The notes: a model not told the origin generated them from the sequence alone. DNA of 64,000 bases from Felis catus (GCF_018350175.1 NC_058368.1:186250001-186314000); one strand, 5' to 3'. Shown: positions 12,071 to 25,658, counted from the first letter of the stretch. Numbers and translations are program-made.

Positions 12071-13716
12071 TCCGTGCTTATGGATTGGAAGAATAAATAT
12101 TGTCAAAATGTCAATACTTCCCAAAGCTATCTACACATTCAATGCAATCCCAATCAAAATTGCACCAGCAATCTTCTCGAAACTAGAACAAGCAATCCTA
12201 AAATTCATATGGAACCACAAAAGGCCCCGAATAGCCAAAGTAATTTTGAAGAAGACCAAAGCAGGAGGCATCACAATTCCAGACTTTAGCCTCTACTACA
12301 AAGCTGTCATCATCAAGACAGCATGGTATTGGCACAAAAACAGACATATAGACCAATGGAATAGAAGAGAAACCCCAGAACTAGACCTACAAACGTATGG
12401 CCAACTAATCTTTGACAAAGCAGAAAGAACATCCAATGGAAAAAAGACAGTCTCTTTAACAAATGGTGCCGGGAGAACTGGACAGCAACTTGCAGAAGAT
12501 TGAAACTAGACCACTTTCTCACACCATTCACAAAAATAAACTCAAAATGGATAAAGGACCTGAATGTGAGACAGGAAACCATCAAAACCCTACAGGAGAA
12601 AGTAGGAAAAGACCTCTCTGACCTCAGCCATAGCAATTTCTTACTTGACACATCCCCAAAGACAAGGGATTTAAAAGCAAAAATGAACTACTGGGACCTT
12701 ATGAAGATAAAAAGCTCTGCACAGCAAAGGAAACAACCAACAAAACTAAAAGGCAACCAACGGAATGGGAAAAGATATTTGCAAATGACATATCGGACAA
12801 AGGGCTAGTATCCAAAATCTATAAAGAGCTCACCAAACTCCACACCCGAAAAACAAATAACCCAGTGAAGAAATGGGCAGAAAACATGAATAGACACTTC
12901 TCTAAAGAAGACATCCGGATGGCCAACAGGCACATGAAAAGATGCTCAACGTCGCTCCTCATCAGGGAAATACAAATCAAAACCACACTCAGATATCACC
13001 TCACGCCAGAGGTGCCAAAATGAACAAATCAGGAGACTATAGATGCTGGCGAGATGTGGAGAAACGGAAACCCTCTTGCACTGTTGGTGGGAATGCAAAC
13101 TGGTGCAGCCACTCTGGAAAACAGTGCGGAAGTTCCTCAAAAAATTAAAAATAGACCTACCCTATGACCCAGCAATAGCACTGCTAGGAATTTACCCAAG
13201 GGATACAGGAGTACTGATGCATAGGGCCACTTGTACCCCAATGTTTATAGCAGCACTCTCAACAATAGCCAAATTATGGAAAGAGCCTAAATGTCCATCC
13301 ACTGATGAATGGATAAAAAAAAAATTGTGGTTTATATACACAATGGAGTACTACGTGGCAATGAGAAAGAATGAAATATGGCCCTTTGTAGCAACATGGA
13401 TGGAACTGGAGAGTGTGATGCTAAGTGAAATAAGCCATACAGAGAAAGACAGATACCATATGGTTTCACTCTTATGTGGATCCTGAGAAACTTAACAGAA
13501 ACCCATGGGGGAGGGGAAGGAAAAAAAAAAGAGGTTAGAGTGGGAGAGAGAGCCAAAGCGTAAGAGACTCTTAAAAACTGAGAACAAACTGAGGGTTGAT
13601 GGGGGGTGGGAGGGAGGAGAGGGTGGGTGATGGGTATTGAGGAGGGCACCTTTTGGGATGAGCACTGGGTGTTGTATGCAAACCAGTTTGACAATAAACT
13701 TCATATATTGAAAAAA
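12071..13716 (+). mobile_element. 5'-truncated young felid L1 (ORF2 C-terminal part, 3'UTR, short A tail)
   Basis: Frameshifted ORF2p peptides ([34 protein letters not shown], stop at 13486) and a G-rich 3'UTR. TSD AAGAGA(C/A)TGATA lies at 12059-12070 and 13717-13728. Confidence 0.98.
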
Positions 13717-15031
13717 AAGAGAATGATAGAATGATTTTCATTTAAAAACAGTAAAAAGAAAAATTCCAGACTGAAATAAAAATATTTATCAGTAACAGTT
13801 AATAAATGAAGTTAGAATTCTGTACTTACATTAAACCAACTATATAAGTTTGAGCTCATCACTTCCTCTCTCTGAACCTCCGTTTCCTGATGAATAAAAT
13901 AAAGATATTGAAATAGAAGTGATCTATAAAATCTTTTCTAACCTCCATGTCCAGTTACTCTAACACTCTACTTAAACCAAGTAGTCTACTGGACTTTAGA
14001 AAAAATCTCCCAACACCACTTGCAATTTCTGCCACCCCTTTTCTCATTCTGCAGTCTTTGAGTCAGAATTAACTATCACAGAGCACACTGATTACACCTC
14101 TCTAATAGCACTTACAGTCTCTTGCCTTATTTGACAAATTGTTTCCATGATGGCTAATACTTAATGGATACTTATGACCACTTATGCACTTCACAGTTGT
14201 AGGAATCATTAGAGAGTAATACTGTGAAGCACCGTCTCTCCACCCCAAGTGCTCAAGTTGTTATCTTCCATAGACTGTATGTTGCTTGAGGACCAAGACT
14301 CTGTGTTTTACTCTCCTTGAAGATAATAGAAAGTTTCGTTCAATGTTCCATACATACTAAATGAATAAATGAATGAGGAATTAAATGTGTTATCCTCTAT
14401 TGAGCAATTAATTCCTAGTTAGGCTTTAGGTGGAAAACAAACACATATATCAGGTTTGATGACTAATGACTCTTGGAAAACAGATCTATTAAAGTTAGGT
14501 CCTCTGCCAGTGAATGCAGGCAGATAAATAGAGGTAGGAGAGAGGAGGTGGAAAAAAAAAATAGCCATGAAATCTGAAACTACAATACTGTTATATTTTT
14601 CAGGATGTGATTTTTGTTTGTTTTTCATCTTTGTCTTTTCTGTTTCAGATGTTTTGAGCTAAGGACTGAAACTAGGTAAAACTCATAATTTCTTTTGTAT
14701 CTTTCTAAAATGTAACTTAAAAAATTCCTCTTTTGTTATTGGGAAAGTATTTTGAAAGCAATAATATTCTCTAAGCTAAAATATATCTTGCAAAACAGAA
14801 ACTTCAAAAGATTTCAGGAACTGATACCGAAATCAGTGATAAATTATTCAGTTTAAAATTGATTTGGCCTGCTTAATTTTTAAATAATTGTCTAAATATG
14901 GAATTATCATATTCTAAGTATTTAGGCAGGTCTCCTTGGTTGTTTCTTCCACTAAAGTCTCTGTTTCTGTGTAGTTTACTAAAATAAATGTAAGCATGCA
15001 GTTATATTCATCCATTAAAAATTTCTTATAG

Positions 15032-16213
15032 AAACCATCAAAACCTTAGAGGAGAAAGCAGGGAAAAGACCTCTCTGACCTCAGCCGTAGCAATCTCTTA
15101 CTCGACACATCCCCAAAGGCAAGGGAATTAAAAGCAAAAGTGAATTACTGGGACCTTATGAAGATAAAAAGCTTCTGCACAGCAAAGGAAACAACCAACA
15201 AAACTAAAAGGCAACCAACGGAATGGGAAAAGATATTCGCAAATGACATATCGGACAAAGGGCTAGTATCCAAAATCTATAAAGAGCTCACCAAACTCCA
15301 CACCCGAAAAACAAATAACCCAGTGAAGAAATGGGCAGAAAACATGAATAGACACTTCTCTAAAGAAGACATCCGGATGGCCAACAGGCACATGAAAAGA
15401 TGTTCAGCGTCGCTCCTTATCAGGGAAATACAAATCAAAACCACACTCAGGTATCACCTCACGCCAGTCAGAGTGGCCAAAATGAACAAATCAGGAGACT
15501 CTAGATGCTGGAGAGGATGTGGAGAAACGGGAACCCTCTTGCACTGCTGGTGGGAATGCAAATTGGTGCAGCCGCTCTGGAAAGCAGTGTGGAGGTTCCT
15601 CAGAAAATTAAAAATAGACCTACCCTATGACCCAGCAATAGCACTGCTAGGAATTTATCCAAGGGATACAGGAGTACTGATGCATAGGGCCACTTGTACC
15701 CCAATGTTCATAGCAGCACTCTCAACAATAGCCAAATTATGGAAAGAGCCTAAATGTCCATCAACTGATGAATGGATAAAAAAATTGTGGTTTATATACA
15801 CAATGGAATATTACGTGGCAATGAGAAAAAATGAAATATGGCCTTTTGTAGCAACATGGATGGAACTGGAGAGTGTGATGCTAAGTGAAATAAGCCATAC
15901 AGAGAAAGACAGATACCATATGGTTTCACTCTTATGTGGATCCTGAGAAACTTAACAGGAACCCATGGGGGAGGGGAAGGAAAAAAAAAAAAAGAGGTTA
16001 GAGTAGGAGAGAGCCAAAGCATAAGAGACTGTTAAAACCTGAGAACAAACTGAGGGTTGATGGGGGGTGGGAGGGAGGAGAGGGTGGGTAATGGGTATTG
16101 AGGAGGGCACCTTTTGGGATGAGCACTGGGTGTTGTATGGAAACCAATTTGTCAATAAATTTCATATATAAAAAATAAAAAAAATTAAAAAAAATTAAAA
16201 AATAAAATAAAAT
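15032..16213 (+). mobile_element. 5'-truncated very young felid L1
   Basis: Perfect 15-bp TSD AAAAATTTCTTATAG at 15017-15031 and 16214-16228, a canonical TT/AAAA endonuclease site, a long A-rich tail and retained CpGs. Confidence 0.99.
15140..15946 (+). pseudogene. L1 ORF2p C-terminal domain remnant (268 aa open frame with the cysteine-rich CCHC motif); not a host gene
   Basis: [19 protein letters not shown] motif and a typical ORF2p C-terminus. The EN and RT domains are absent because of 5' truncation. Confidence 0.95.
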
Positions 16214-16228
16214 AAAAATTTCTTATAG

Positions 16229-16850
16229 CATTCACTTAACATATTTTCATATATTCCTATTATGAGTAAGACAGTGTTCTAGGTGCTGGTTAGTATCAGC
16301 AAAAAAGCAGATGAAAGCACTTTCATCCTAATGGAAGGAGATCACATAAATAACATAAAAATTCTATACTTGGTTAAAAGGTATTAAAGAGAAAAATAAA
16401 GCCAAAAGGGGAACAGGAAGTGGAGACATGAAGATGACATTTAAAAAAAAATTAATATTTATTTATTTTTGAGAGAGACAGAGACAGAATGAGAGTGGGT
16501 TGGAGCAGAGAGAGAGGGAGGCACAGAATCTGCAGCAGGCTCCAGGCTCCGAGCTGTCAGCACAGAACCTGATGCAGGGTTCAAACTCATGAGCTGTGAG
16601 ATACTGACCTGAGCCGAAGTTGGATGCTCAACCGACTGAGCCACCCAGGCACCCCCATGAAGGTGACATTTTAAATAGAATGACCATAGAAGATCTCACT
16701 GAGCAGATGATATCGGAGCACCAGCTTGCAGGAAGTGAAAGAGAAAGTCTTATGGTGGTTTGAGGAAGTGTTCCAGACAGAAGGAACAGTGGGGGCAAAG
16801 TTGTAGCACACAATGCCATGTGGTAAAGATGCTACGGTGGCTTGTGAAAA
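16229..16850 (-). mobile_element. L2 LINE fragment hosting a CAN-SINE
   Basis: CAGTGTTCTAGGTGCTGG...AGAAGATCTCACTGAGCAGATGAT...GTTCCAGACAGAAGGAACAG are antisense L2 motifs. Confidence 0.7.
16443..16655 (-). mobile_element. CAN-SINE
   Basis: Full-length copy. TSD CATGAAG(A/G)TGACATTT at 16427-16442 and 16656-16671. Confidence 0.97.
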
Positions 16851-17002
16851 ATGAATGACTTTAAAAATAATTTCAAAGATAATTTAAAAATAAAAAAATA
16901 TTTCCCTTAAAATTCTCACACATTGTACAAATATAAAATCAATAAGTCATGTGTCTATCCCCAATTTTTACACTGGAATATTGTAGGAATAGAGAACAGG
17001 TA

Positions 17003-17179
17003 TTTTTTTAAGGGTTTTTTTGTTTGTTTGTTTTTTGTTTTTGCAAGAGAGAGAGAGACGGAGAATTCCAAGCAAGCTCCACACTGTCAGCACCTAGCCC
17101 AGCTCACAAATCATGGCATCATGACCTGAGACAAAATCAGGAGTCTGATGATCAATTGACTGAGCAACCTAGGTGTCCT
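17003..17179 (-). mobile_element. CAN-SINE, older subfamily with internal deletions
   Basis: AAATCAGGAGTC variant. TSD GAGAA(C/T)AGGTA at 16992-17002 and 17180-17190. Confidence 0.9.
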
Positions 17180-18474
17180 GAGAATAGGTACTTTCTAATC
17201 ATAACTGATGAAGAAGCAGAGCTGGGATTATGCCCATAGAACATATGCTCAAGACAAAGGCTTATAAATGAGATCAAGGACTGACAACTTTTTGCTTCAA
17301 CTTTCCTCTCCCTCTCTCTATACAGCATAAAATAATGTGTCTCTGTATTAACTTATATAGCACCCAGCCACAGAAAATGTATGTGATTCTATATTCTTTT
17401 CTTGACATTGCTCCAAAGATAGTATCCCTGTTTGAAAAATAAAGCAGACCATTATGATGCTATCTGTATAATACAAGTAAGCAGAAATCCCATTAGTCTG
17501 AGTTGCCAAGATAACTTCGCCAGGTGATTGCATCAGCAGTTTCCCTGCTCGCTATAAAACTAAGCAGTGCTAGGTCTTTGTTTCTTCTCTCCTCCTCTTT
17601 TCTTTATGACAACCCTGTAGACAATAAATCATTTATGTGGAATCCAGATTATCAAACATATCTCAAGAGATTATCGGATCACTCTGCTTTGTTAAGACCA
17701 AAGTTGCAACCCCCTTATAGTCTCTCAATGGGCCCCCCATTGCATGTTACCTTTGGATTGCACCCCCTCACTTTTTCTTTTGTCCTTTCAGCTCTGCTTT
17801 CTCAGGCAGACATCTAAATCTATCCCCTGAAAATTCATTCACAATGAAATGATGAAGAAGAACTTCAAATAGTATCTCTTCTAAAGGAAGAAGTTTGCAG
17901 GGTAGAGTCTATTTTCTAGTCAGCTTAAGGCAGGCTGACTTTGTCACCTGTCTGTTATTTTCTGTCACCTGGGCATTCTCTAAAAGAAGCCAAGTCCCTG
18001 GATAAAAGGAACAAAAGCATTAACCCAACCCACTTTTCTTTCTTATGCTTTATACCACAGACCCTTAAACAAGGAAACAGAAGATGTCAGTATCTGCCAG
18101 GAAAGACATAGATAGATAACATATTTATATATAAACAGTTATTTGAGTTCACAATATGATTAAATGGCATAAAAACATTTAAAATTGAACTTCGGAAAAC
18201 CTAAGTTGACAAGGGAAATTTTTCAAGTTATAAGAATAAGTGAAGAAAGCATGACATAGTGTGGCATGTGTTTGTTAATAGTTGTATTCATGCATCTGTA
18301 TACAAATACATATAGGAATGTACAAATATAGAGGCAAACATATGTGCATAAAGGAAACAAAACATTATCTTTAGTAGTAATATTATAGGTAACTCTTTTA
18401 GTTATTTTTTATATTCTTCTGTATTTTCCAAATGTATATAGGTCATCTACAAAGCTCATTTTACTTCTCTCTTT

Positions 18475-20347
18475 CCTTAAAGACTCCACACAAAAAAAAC
18501 AAACATTTAAACAAATTAAAGAAAAAATGGTTAGAACTAGTAAGTGAGCCAGTAAAGTTGCAAGATACAAAATTAACACAAAAGTCAGTCGTGTTTCTAT
18601 ACACTAGCAACAATCAATGTGAAAAGAAAACCAAGGAAACAATTCCATTTACATTAATTAGCATTAAAAAGAATAAAACATGTAGGACTAAACTTAACCA
18701 AGGTGAAAAGACCTGAGCATTGAAAACTAAAAAACACTAATGAAAGAAATTTTTAAAAAACACAAATAAATAAAAGGACATCCCTTGTTCATTGACTGAA
18801 TAGTTAATATTTTTTATATTTCCTTATTTCCCAAAGTGACTTGTAGACTCAGTGCATTCCTTATCAAAATTCCAATAAAATTCTTTTACAGAAATAGAAA
18901 AAAAAAGTCCTAAATTTCATATAGAGCCACAAAAGACCTTGAATAGCTAAAGCAATTTTGAGCAAGAACAAAGTCAGAGGCATCACACTCCCTGGTTTCA
19001 AAACCTATTACAGAGCTACAGTAATTAAAACAGTACGGTTATAGCATAAAAACAAGCATATAGATAGGTCAATGGAAGAGAATTGAAAGCCCAGAAATAA
19101 ACCTTTTCATATATAGTGAGCTGATCTTTGACAAGGACGCCAAGGACACACAGTGGAGAAAAGATAGTCTCTTCAATATGGTTTTGGGAAAACAAGATAC
19201 CCATATGCAAAACACTGAAATTGGATCCTTACCTCACAGCATATATAAACATGAACTCAAAATGTGGTAAAGAAATAAGCATGAAATCTGAAAGAATAAA
19301 ACTCTTAGAAGGAAACTTAGAGAAAAACTTTCAGGAAAAAAAAAAGAAAAAAAGAAATAAAAGGCAATCTACAGAATGGGAGAAGATATTCACTGATCAG
19401 ATACCTCATAAGGAATTAATATGCAAAATATATAAGGGACTCCTCAATACCATAGCATAAAACAAATAACCCAATTAAAAAAATAAGAAAAGGACCTAAA
19501 TAGACATTTATCTAAAGATAACATACAAAAGGCCAATAGATACAACATCACTAATTCATCAGGGAAATACAAATCAAAACCACAATGAGACATCACTTCA
19601 CACCTATTAGGATAGCTATTTTTAGAAAAACAAAACAAAAACAAAAACAAACAAATGACAGCAAGTGTTGTTCAGGATGTGGAGAAAAAAGAATCCTCAT
19701 ATACTCTTGGTAGGAATGTAAATTGGTAGAACCATTATGGAAAATAATATGGAGGTTTCTCAAAAAAAATTAAAAATAGAGTTACCTTTTGATTCAGCAA
19801 TCCCAATTTTGGGTACATATCCGAAGGAATTAGGATCTTGAAGAGGTGCTTGCACCCCTGTTCATTGAAGCATTATTCACAATAGCAGGATACATAAATA
19901 ATCTAAATGTGGAAGAATGGATAAGAAAAATGTGGTATACACATACAATGGAATACTATTCAGCCTTAAGAGAAAAGGGAATCATACCACTTTTCACAAC
20001 ATGGATGGGTTTGGAGGATATGATGGTAAGTAAAACAAGCCAGACAAAGAAAGATAAATATTGCATGATCTCACTCATGTATGAAATCTAAGATAGTCAA
20101 ACACAAAGAAGCAGAGAACAGAATTAATAGATCTAAGAAGATAGAACTTATATTAAGATTTCTAACCACATGAGGAAAAATAGAGGGGTAGCAAGAGGAA
20201 ACTTTTAGAAGTGATGAATAAGTTTAAGGCCTTGATAGTGATAATGCTTTTGCAGGTGTGTACTTATCTTCAGAAACATCAAGTTGTAGAAATTAAATAT
20301 TTACAGCTCTTTGTATGTTTAATCATACCTCAGTAGCACAGTTTAAA
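18475..20347 (+). mobile_element. Old L1 (L1MA/L1MB-class) ORF2 3' half and 3'UTR, with an internal deletion near 19335
   Basis: Degraded ORF2 peptides (KLDPYLT, STEWEKIF, WIRKMWYTHTMEYYSA) and an L1M-type 3' end. Confidence 0.93.
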
Positions 20348-21168
20348 TTGTAGTGTTTACAATTTAAATTTTACAATCAGGGAAAACGATCTTTTCATAT
20401 GATGTGTTGGGTTATCTGCATTACTATTTTGCTTTTGTCCTCAACAGGGAACAAAATGTACGTGTTAAGTAGGGACATCTCTTAAAAGCATAAATTCCTT
20501 CTGGGGGGGGGGGGAAGATCTTATCATGAAATAGTTTCTCTCTAGCCTCTAAGGCACCAAGTACAGAGATGCACAAGTTGCTAAGGTCAAGGAGTATGTG
20601 CCCGCTATTGTGTGTGGACTTGTCCCCAAGGGGGTAATTCAGAGGACACTCAGCCTCATGAACATGGCACACAAATGTCCTGTTTTCTTAGGCTGTTGCA
20701 ACATTTAAATGTATTTGGCAGTCCAAGCACATAGTTTCTTTCTCAAGGAGTTTTTCTGCTGAAGGTTATGCTATGTATGCCACTAAAACATAAATCTGTT
20801 GGCTGTTTGTTAAACCTCTTGTACAATGAAATCAAAGCAATCGTCAATGGGTATGGTTCACTGGAAAATGTAAACTGGCTTCTCCACCCCAAGAGAAATA
20901 GATTAAGCTATGCAGTTGCTCATACTCTCTATAGACACCATCTCTTTTTGTAGGGAAAAGCTTTAGTGCAACCCTTCTCATTGAACCTGCCAAGTTCCTC
21001 TTTTCTCCTGAAAACACAAATTCCCATTCCACATCGAAGAATGACTAATGCCTCTCAGTGCCCAGAATGTGTTTGTAATAATTGATATTTCATCCTCTGG
21101 TGCCAGGGCTACATGGATAAAATGCTTTATGTTGAAGGCTCAGGAATATGCTTTGGTTTCTTTGGTAC

Positions 21169-21464
21169 TGTAGGGGGGGAAATTTTTCCCTTCTTCCCAT
21201 CTAGTTTCTTTGGTTGGCCTAATGATTAAATTGATGTAAGACAGATGACATGAAGAAAGCAAATTTAATTTTGTGTGTACATGAGTGCCACAAAGACAGG
21301 AGAGGCTCCCTGACAGGTAATTTAGGTTTATATGCTATCCCGAACTAAGGAGAACCGGCAGAGGTCTGAGACTTCAAAGGGGAGGAAGGAAGACTAGAAG
21401 AGCAAAAGTTTGGTAAACTAATGCTTGCCATGCCATGCAGAAAGGTCTTACAGAAAAATAAAAA

Positions 21465-21499
<35 letters not shown>

Positions 21500-21645
21500 A
21501 GGGTATAAGCTTGTTATCTAAAATTCTTTCAGGAAGTTAAGGGGACGGTAAAAAGCTCTTGAGTTTTTGGACCCTAATCATTTTCAGTTTGAGATAATTA
21601 ACATGCAAATGTGGTACATTCTGGGGTGGCCTGCCCTGAACCCCA
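21169..21645 (-). mobile_element. ERV1-class solo LTR (MER34-like) containing an A28 run
   Basis: The minus strand starts TGGGGTTCAGGGCAGGCCACCCCAGAATGTACCACATTTG and ends AAAAATTTCCCCCCCTACA, resembling MER34-type termini. Confidence 0.75.
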
Positions 21646-22865
21646 TTGGTATCCTGCTCAGATGAAGTATGCCCACAATCTTTACAGGACCAATGCAACC
21701 CAAGCACATAATACAGGTATCTCATAAAACACAGGAGCACCAGAGGCTTACATAATGTATCAGAGATATGAAAGTGTTCTTTGGGAGAGATAAAATATGA
21801 TATAGAAACTACCTGGGTGAAGAAGAAGCACCTCAAGTTCTTAGAAGTCAAATTTTTATTAATAGGGATCACATGGCATGGAATTTAGGCTCCAAAGCTT
21901 ATCATGTCTCTAAACTGCCTTATTCAAATCAAGTATTATAATTTATTGTCATAAAGTGTCTCTGCTCTTCACCCAATCTATCTCCACTGCTGTATTTTAT
22001 ATCAGTGCCTAATTATAAAAGCAAATACCTCTTACTTTAAGTAATTTTACCACCATGATTAAGATTATCTACTTTAATAACAAAAGAGAATAAAAGAGAG
22101 GTGAGAAAAATGACCCTGAAAATAATATGATGGTTGGGATGTGAAAATCAAATGTTTTTCAAATACTGGGAGTATAGGAGAGAAAAAACTTTTACCATCA
22201 CATGAATCTCATCTATTATTTTATGAATATAGCTTTATTAGTTTAAATAATTCTTATCCATTTATTTAAACTTCTCTTGGATATTCTTGATGGCAAAATA
22301 TGAATTATCAGTATTGAGAGCAAAACTGATAACTGCCTCTGGGTAACTCTAAAACATGGATAGTTGGTGATCAATTAGTTATTGTGCATTATTAATTAAT
22401 TGATAAATTAGCATTTTTCAATTCTCTATGCTATTTCACCTCACTTACCTATCCCATCCTCACACCTTTCCCATGTATTATTTTTGCCAAATCAGGAAAG
22501 GATAACCTAAGCCTTACCCCAAAATGCCATCAACTGAAAGTCAAAGTGCCCATTTCTCATCCTTTGAGGATATCTCCAATTGTTATCCCCAGTGAGTTTG
22601 AAAGTACTCTTGGCAAAAGAAATGGGGGAGAAAAAAGATCAACAACAAACATGACTTGTTAGGTGTTTGTTATGTTTGTTTCTTCCTTAATGGAACATGC
22701 ACATAATTTTAACTGACCACCACCGAGACACTTCCAAGCTTCCCAATTTTAAGGATTTGACTCTGGTTTTCAAAGCTTCTCACAAGTTCCCAGAAGTAAA
22801 ACCATTTGGATATAATGGATTATTAACTTAAACACAGTTGAAAACCAACAATGAAATATCTGAAA

Positions 22866-24378
22866 AAGAAATGCTTGCATATTCAGTCAACTAATATTTG
22901 ACAGGGGAGCAAAGGATACTTAATGGGGAAAGAATAGTCTCTTCAACAAATAGTAATGGAAAATTAGATAAGCACATGCAGAAGAATGAAGCTGACCTCT
23001 TATTTTACACCACTTACAAAAATTAATTTGAAATGCATTAAAGACTTAAACGTAGACCTGAAAATGTAAAACCTCTAAAATAAACCAGGGAAAAAGCTCC
23101 CAGACATTTGTTTTGGCAGTGATCTCCTGGGTATGTCACAAAAAAAACAAAAAAAAACAAAAAAAAAACAAGCAACAAAAACAAAAATCAATAAGTGGGA
23201 CTACATGAAACTAAAAAGCTTCTGCACAGCAAAAGAAACAATCAACACAATGAAAAGGTAACCTACAAAATGGAGAAAATACTTGCAAGTTGTCCATCTG
23301 ATAATGGGTTAATACCCAAAATATAACAACTCATTCAACTCAATAACAACAGAAACAACAACAACCACAAACAAAAATAATACCCTCAAACAGTTCAGTT
23401 AAAAAATTTGAATGGACATTTTGCCAAAGAAGGCATACAAATGGCCAACAGACACATGAAAAGGTGCTCAACATAACTATCAGGGAAATTAGATCAAAAC
23501 CATAATGAGATATCACCACACCTCCTTTCATAAGGACTATTATCAACAAGTTAAAATATAAGTGTTGGTTAGGGTGTGGAGAAAAGGGTGCTATTCATGG
23601 GAATGTAAATTGGTACAACCACTACAAAAAACATCTAAAGTTTCCTCAAAAAATTAAAAATAGAACTGTCATAAGATTCAGAAATCCCACTTCTGGATAT
23701 ATACTTCCCCCTCCCCCCAAAATATTGAAATCAGGATATCAAAGAGGTATTTGCCATCCCATGTTCATTGCAGTATTATTCACAACAGCCCATATATGGA
23801 AACAAGCTGTGACCATCTACAGATAAATGGATAGAGATGTGATCTGTATATTCCACTATATTCAGCCGTAAGAAAGAAGGAAGTCCTGTCATTGGAGGCA
23901 ACATGGATGGACTTTGAGGACATTATACTACTGAGTAAGATAAATCAGACAGAAAAAGATAAATACTGTATAATATCTCTCATATGTGGAATTGAAAAAA
24001 ACCAAACTCACAGAAACAGAGAGTAGATGGTAATTGCCAACGGCTAAGTGGTGGGTGTGGGTGATGGAGACATATTGGTCAAAGGGAGCAAACTCAGTTT
24101 TAAGATGAATAAGCTTTGGAGATCCATTGTACAGCATGGTGACTATAATTAACAATATTGTATTATATATCTGAAAGTTACTAAGATCTTAAACATTTTC
24201 ACCACCCACTCACACACTTACACACACAAAAGGGTAATTATGTGAGATTATAGAAGTGTTAATTGACCCTATGCTAATTGCTTCACAGTTTGATACATGT
24301 ATCAAATCACCACCTGTACACTTGAAATGTATACAGTGTTATGTATCAATTACATCTCAATAAAATTGGAAAAAAATA
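22866..24378 (+). mobile_element. Old L1 (L1MA8/9-like) ORF2 end and 3'UTR
   Basis: CAACTAATATTTGACA...AAAAGCTTCTGCACAGCAAAAGAAAC...GTACAGCATGGTGACTATA...CTCAATAAAATTGGAAAAAAA. Confidence 0.93.
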
Positions 24379-25499
24379 CATCGTTGAAAATAGTTTTCTT
24401 GAGTTCTGTTTTTGATATTTGTCCCTATCCAGAGTCTAGTATTGATACTACATCTGGTGGAAGGTCGTCCTCTGGCTTACACATGTCCCCAACACCACAA
24501 TGGCCTGGCTGCTGCTCAGGTCTTATGTAGTGTTTATCACATCTTATAGAAGTCGAATGTCATAAAGCCTTAAATTTGTACTCCAGTCTTTCATCCTAGG
24601 TTACTCATCTAGGCCTGAGCCCAATTTAATTTACTAATCTAACCATGTATCTTATGCCACACAATCTAATTTTTTGGTTTCAAGCCTCTGTGAAAGGACT
24701 TTGCCTGGGTACACAATGTTGAAATACAAAGAAGAATAACTAGAAGAATAGAGACTGGCTGTCAGAGAAGACATGGACATTAAGTCACAGTCATAGCAAA
24801 TGATTTGGAAAATGATGGCCAACACTGTGTGCCAGGAAATGTCCTCCAAACATGGCAATGGGAAAGTTTGAGAACAGGTATCCCGTAGACATTAAGACTG
24901 GTTTTATTCATCATAAAATTCAAGAATTAAATGTATAACTACTGAAATTTTTCTGAGAATAAAACATCTTCACAAACAATCTATATTTCACACATTTCAA
25001 ACATTTATGACTTAGGGAACAGAGACAGTTCTGACACAGACCTGCAATACAGCCCACCACAGGAAGTTGTCTCCTGCAGATGTCAATCAAAAGCCTGATT
25101 TTTTTCATCAATATAGATTTTATATAATTTCAGTGGATAAAGCTAGTATTACTTGAAATGCTACTCTTCCTATGAGTAATTTTAAATAGCAATAGTATTT
25201 ATTTTTTGTTCCTCTCAATATAATCACTGATGTTAGCTTTGGGCTTTATCACTCATTCATTCTTTCATTCTTTCTTTCTTTCCTTTTTAAAAAATTCACT
25301 GCAGAAAATAAACATTTGATAATTGCTTATTATTTGTCAGATGTATGCTAGTCACTGGTGATATAAGTGAATCAAATTGGTGAGCTTTCTTCTCTCAGTA
25401 TCCTAACAGTCAAATATGGGAAACAGACCTTCATCAAATTATCATAGAAAAATTACAGTTGGCAAATTCACTAAGTCCTATGAATACTAATAATTAACA

Positions 25500-25658
25500 T
25501 TTCTGGAGGGCTTGCTCTGTGTCAGATACTGGTGTGAATGTTTTAACAGTATTAACTCACTTAATTCTTGCCACTACCCTAAACAATATATCCTAGTATT
25601 ATCTCCATCTTACAAGTGCAGCCACCGAGGCCAGACACATTAAATCAGGTGTTATCTT
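25500..25658 (-). mobile_element. MIR fragment hosting a CAN-SINE
   Basis: TTAACTCACTTAATTCTTGCCACTACCCT...ATTATCTCCATCTTACAAGTG...GAGGCCAGA. Confidence 0.7.

Noticed and set aside
14620..14685. 27-nt + strand exon-like unit (tttcag|ATG...CTAG|gtaaaa)
   Set aside because: The donor is moderate, two frames contain stops, and it is opposite to the strand implied by the L1 bias. Such units are expected by chance.
21468..21495. A28 run inside the LTR as an orphan poly(A) retro-insertion
   Set aside because: There is no convincing TSD. Slippage of an A-rich patch is the simpler explanation.
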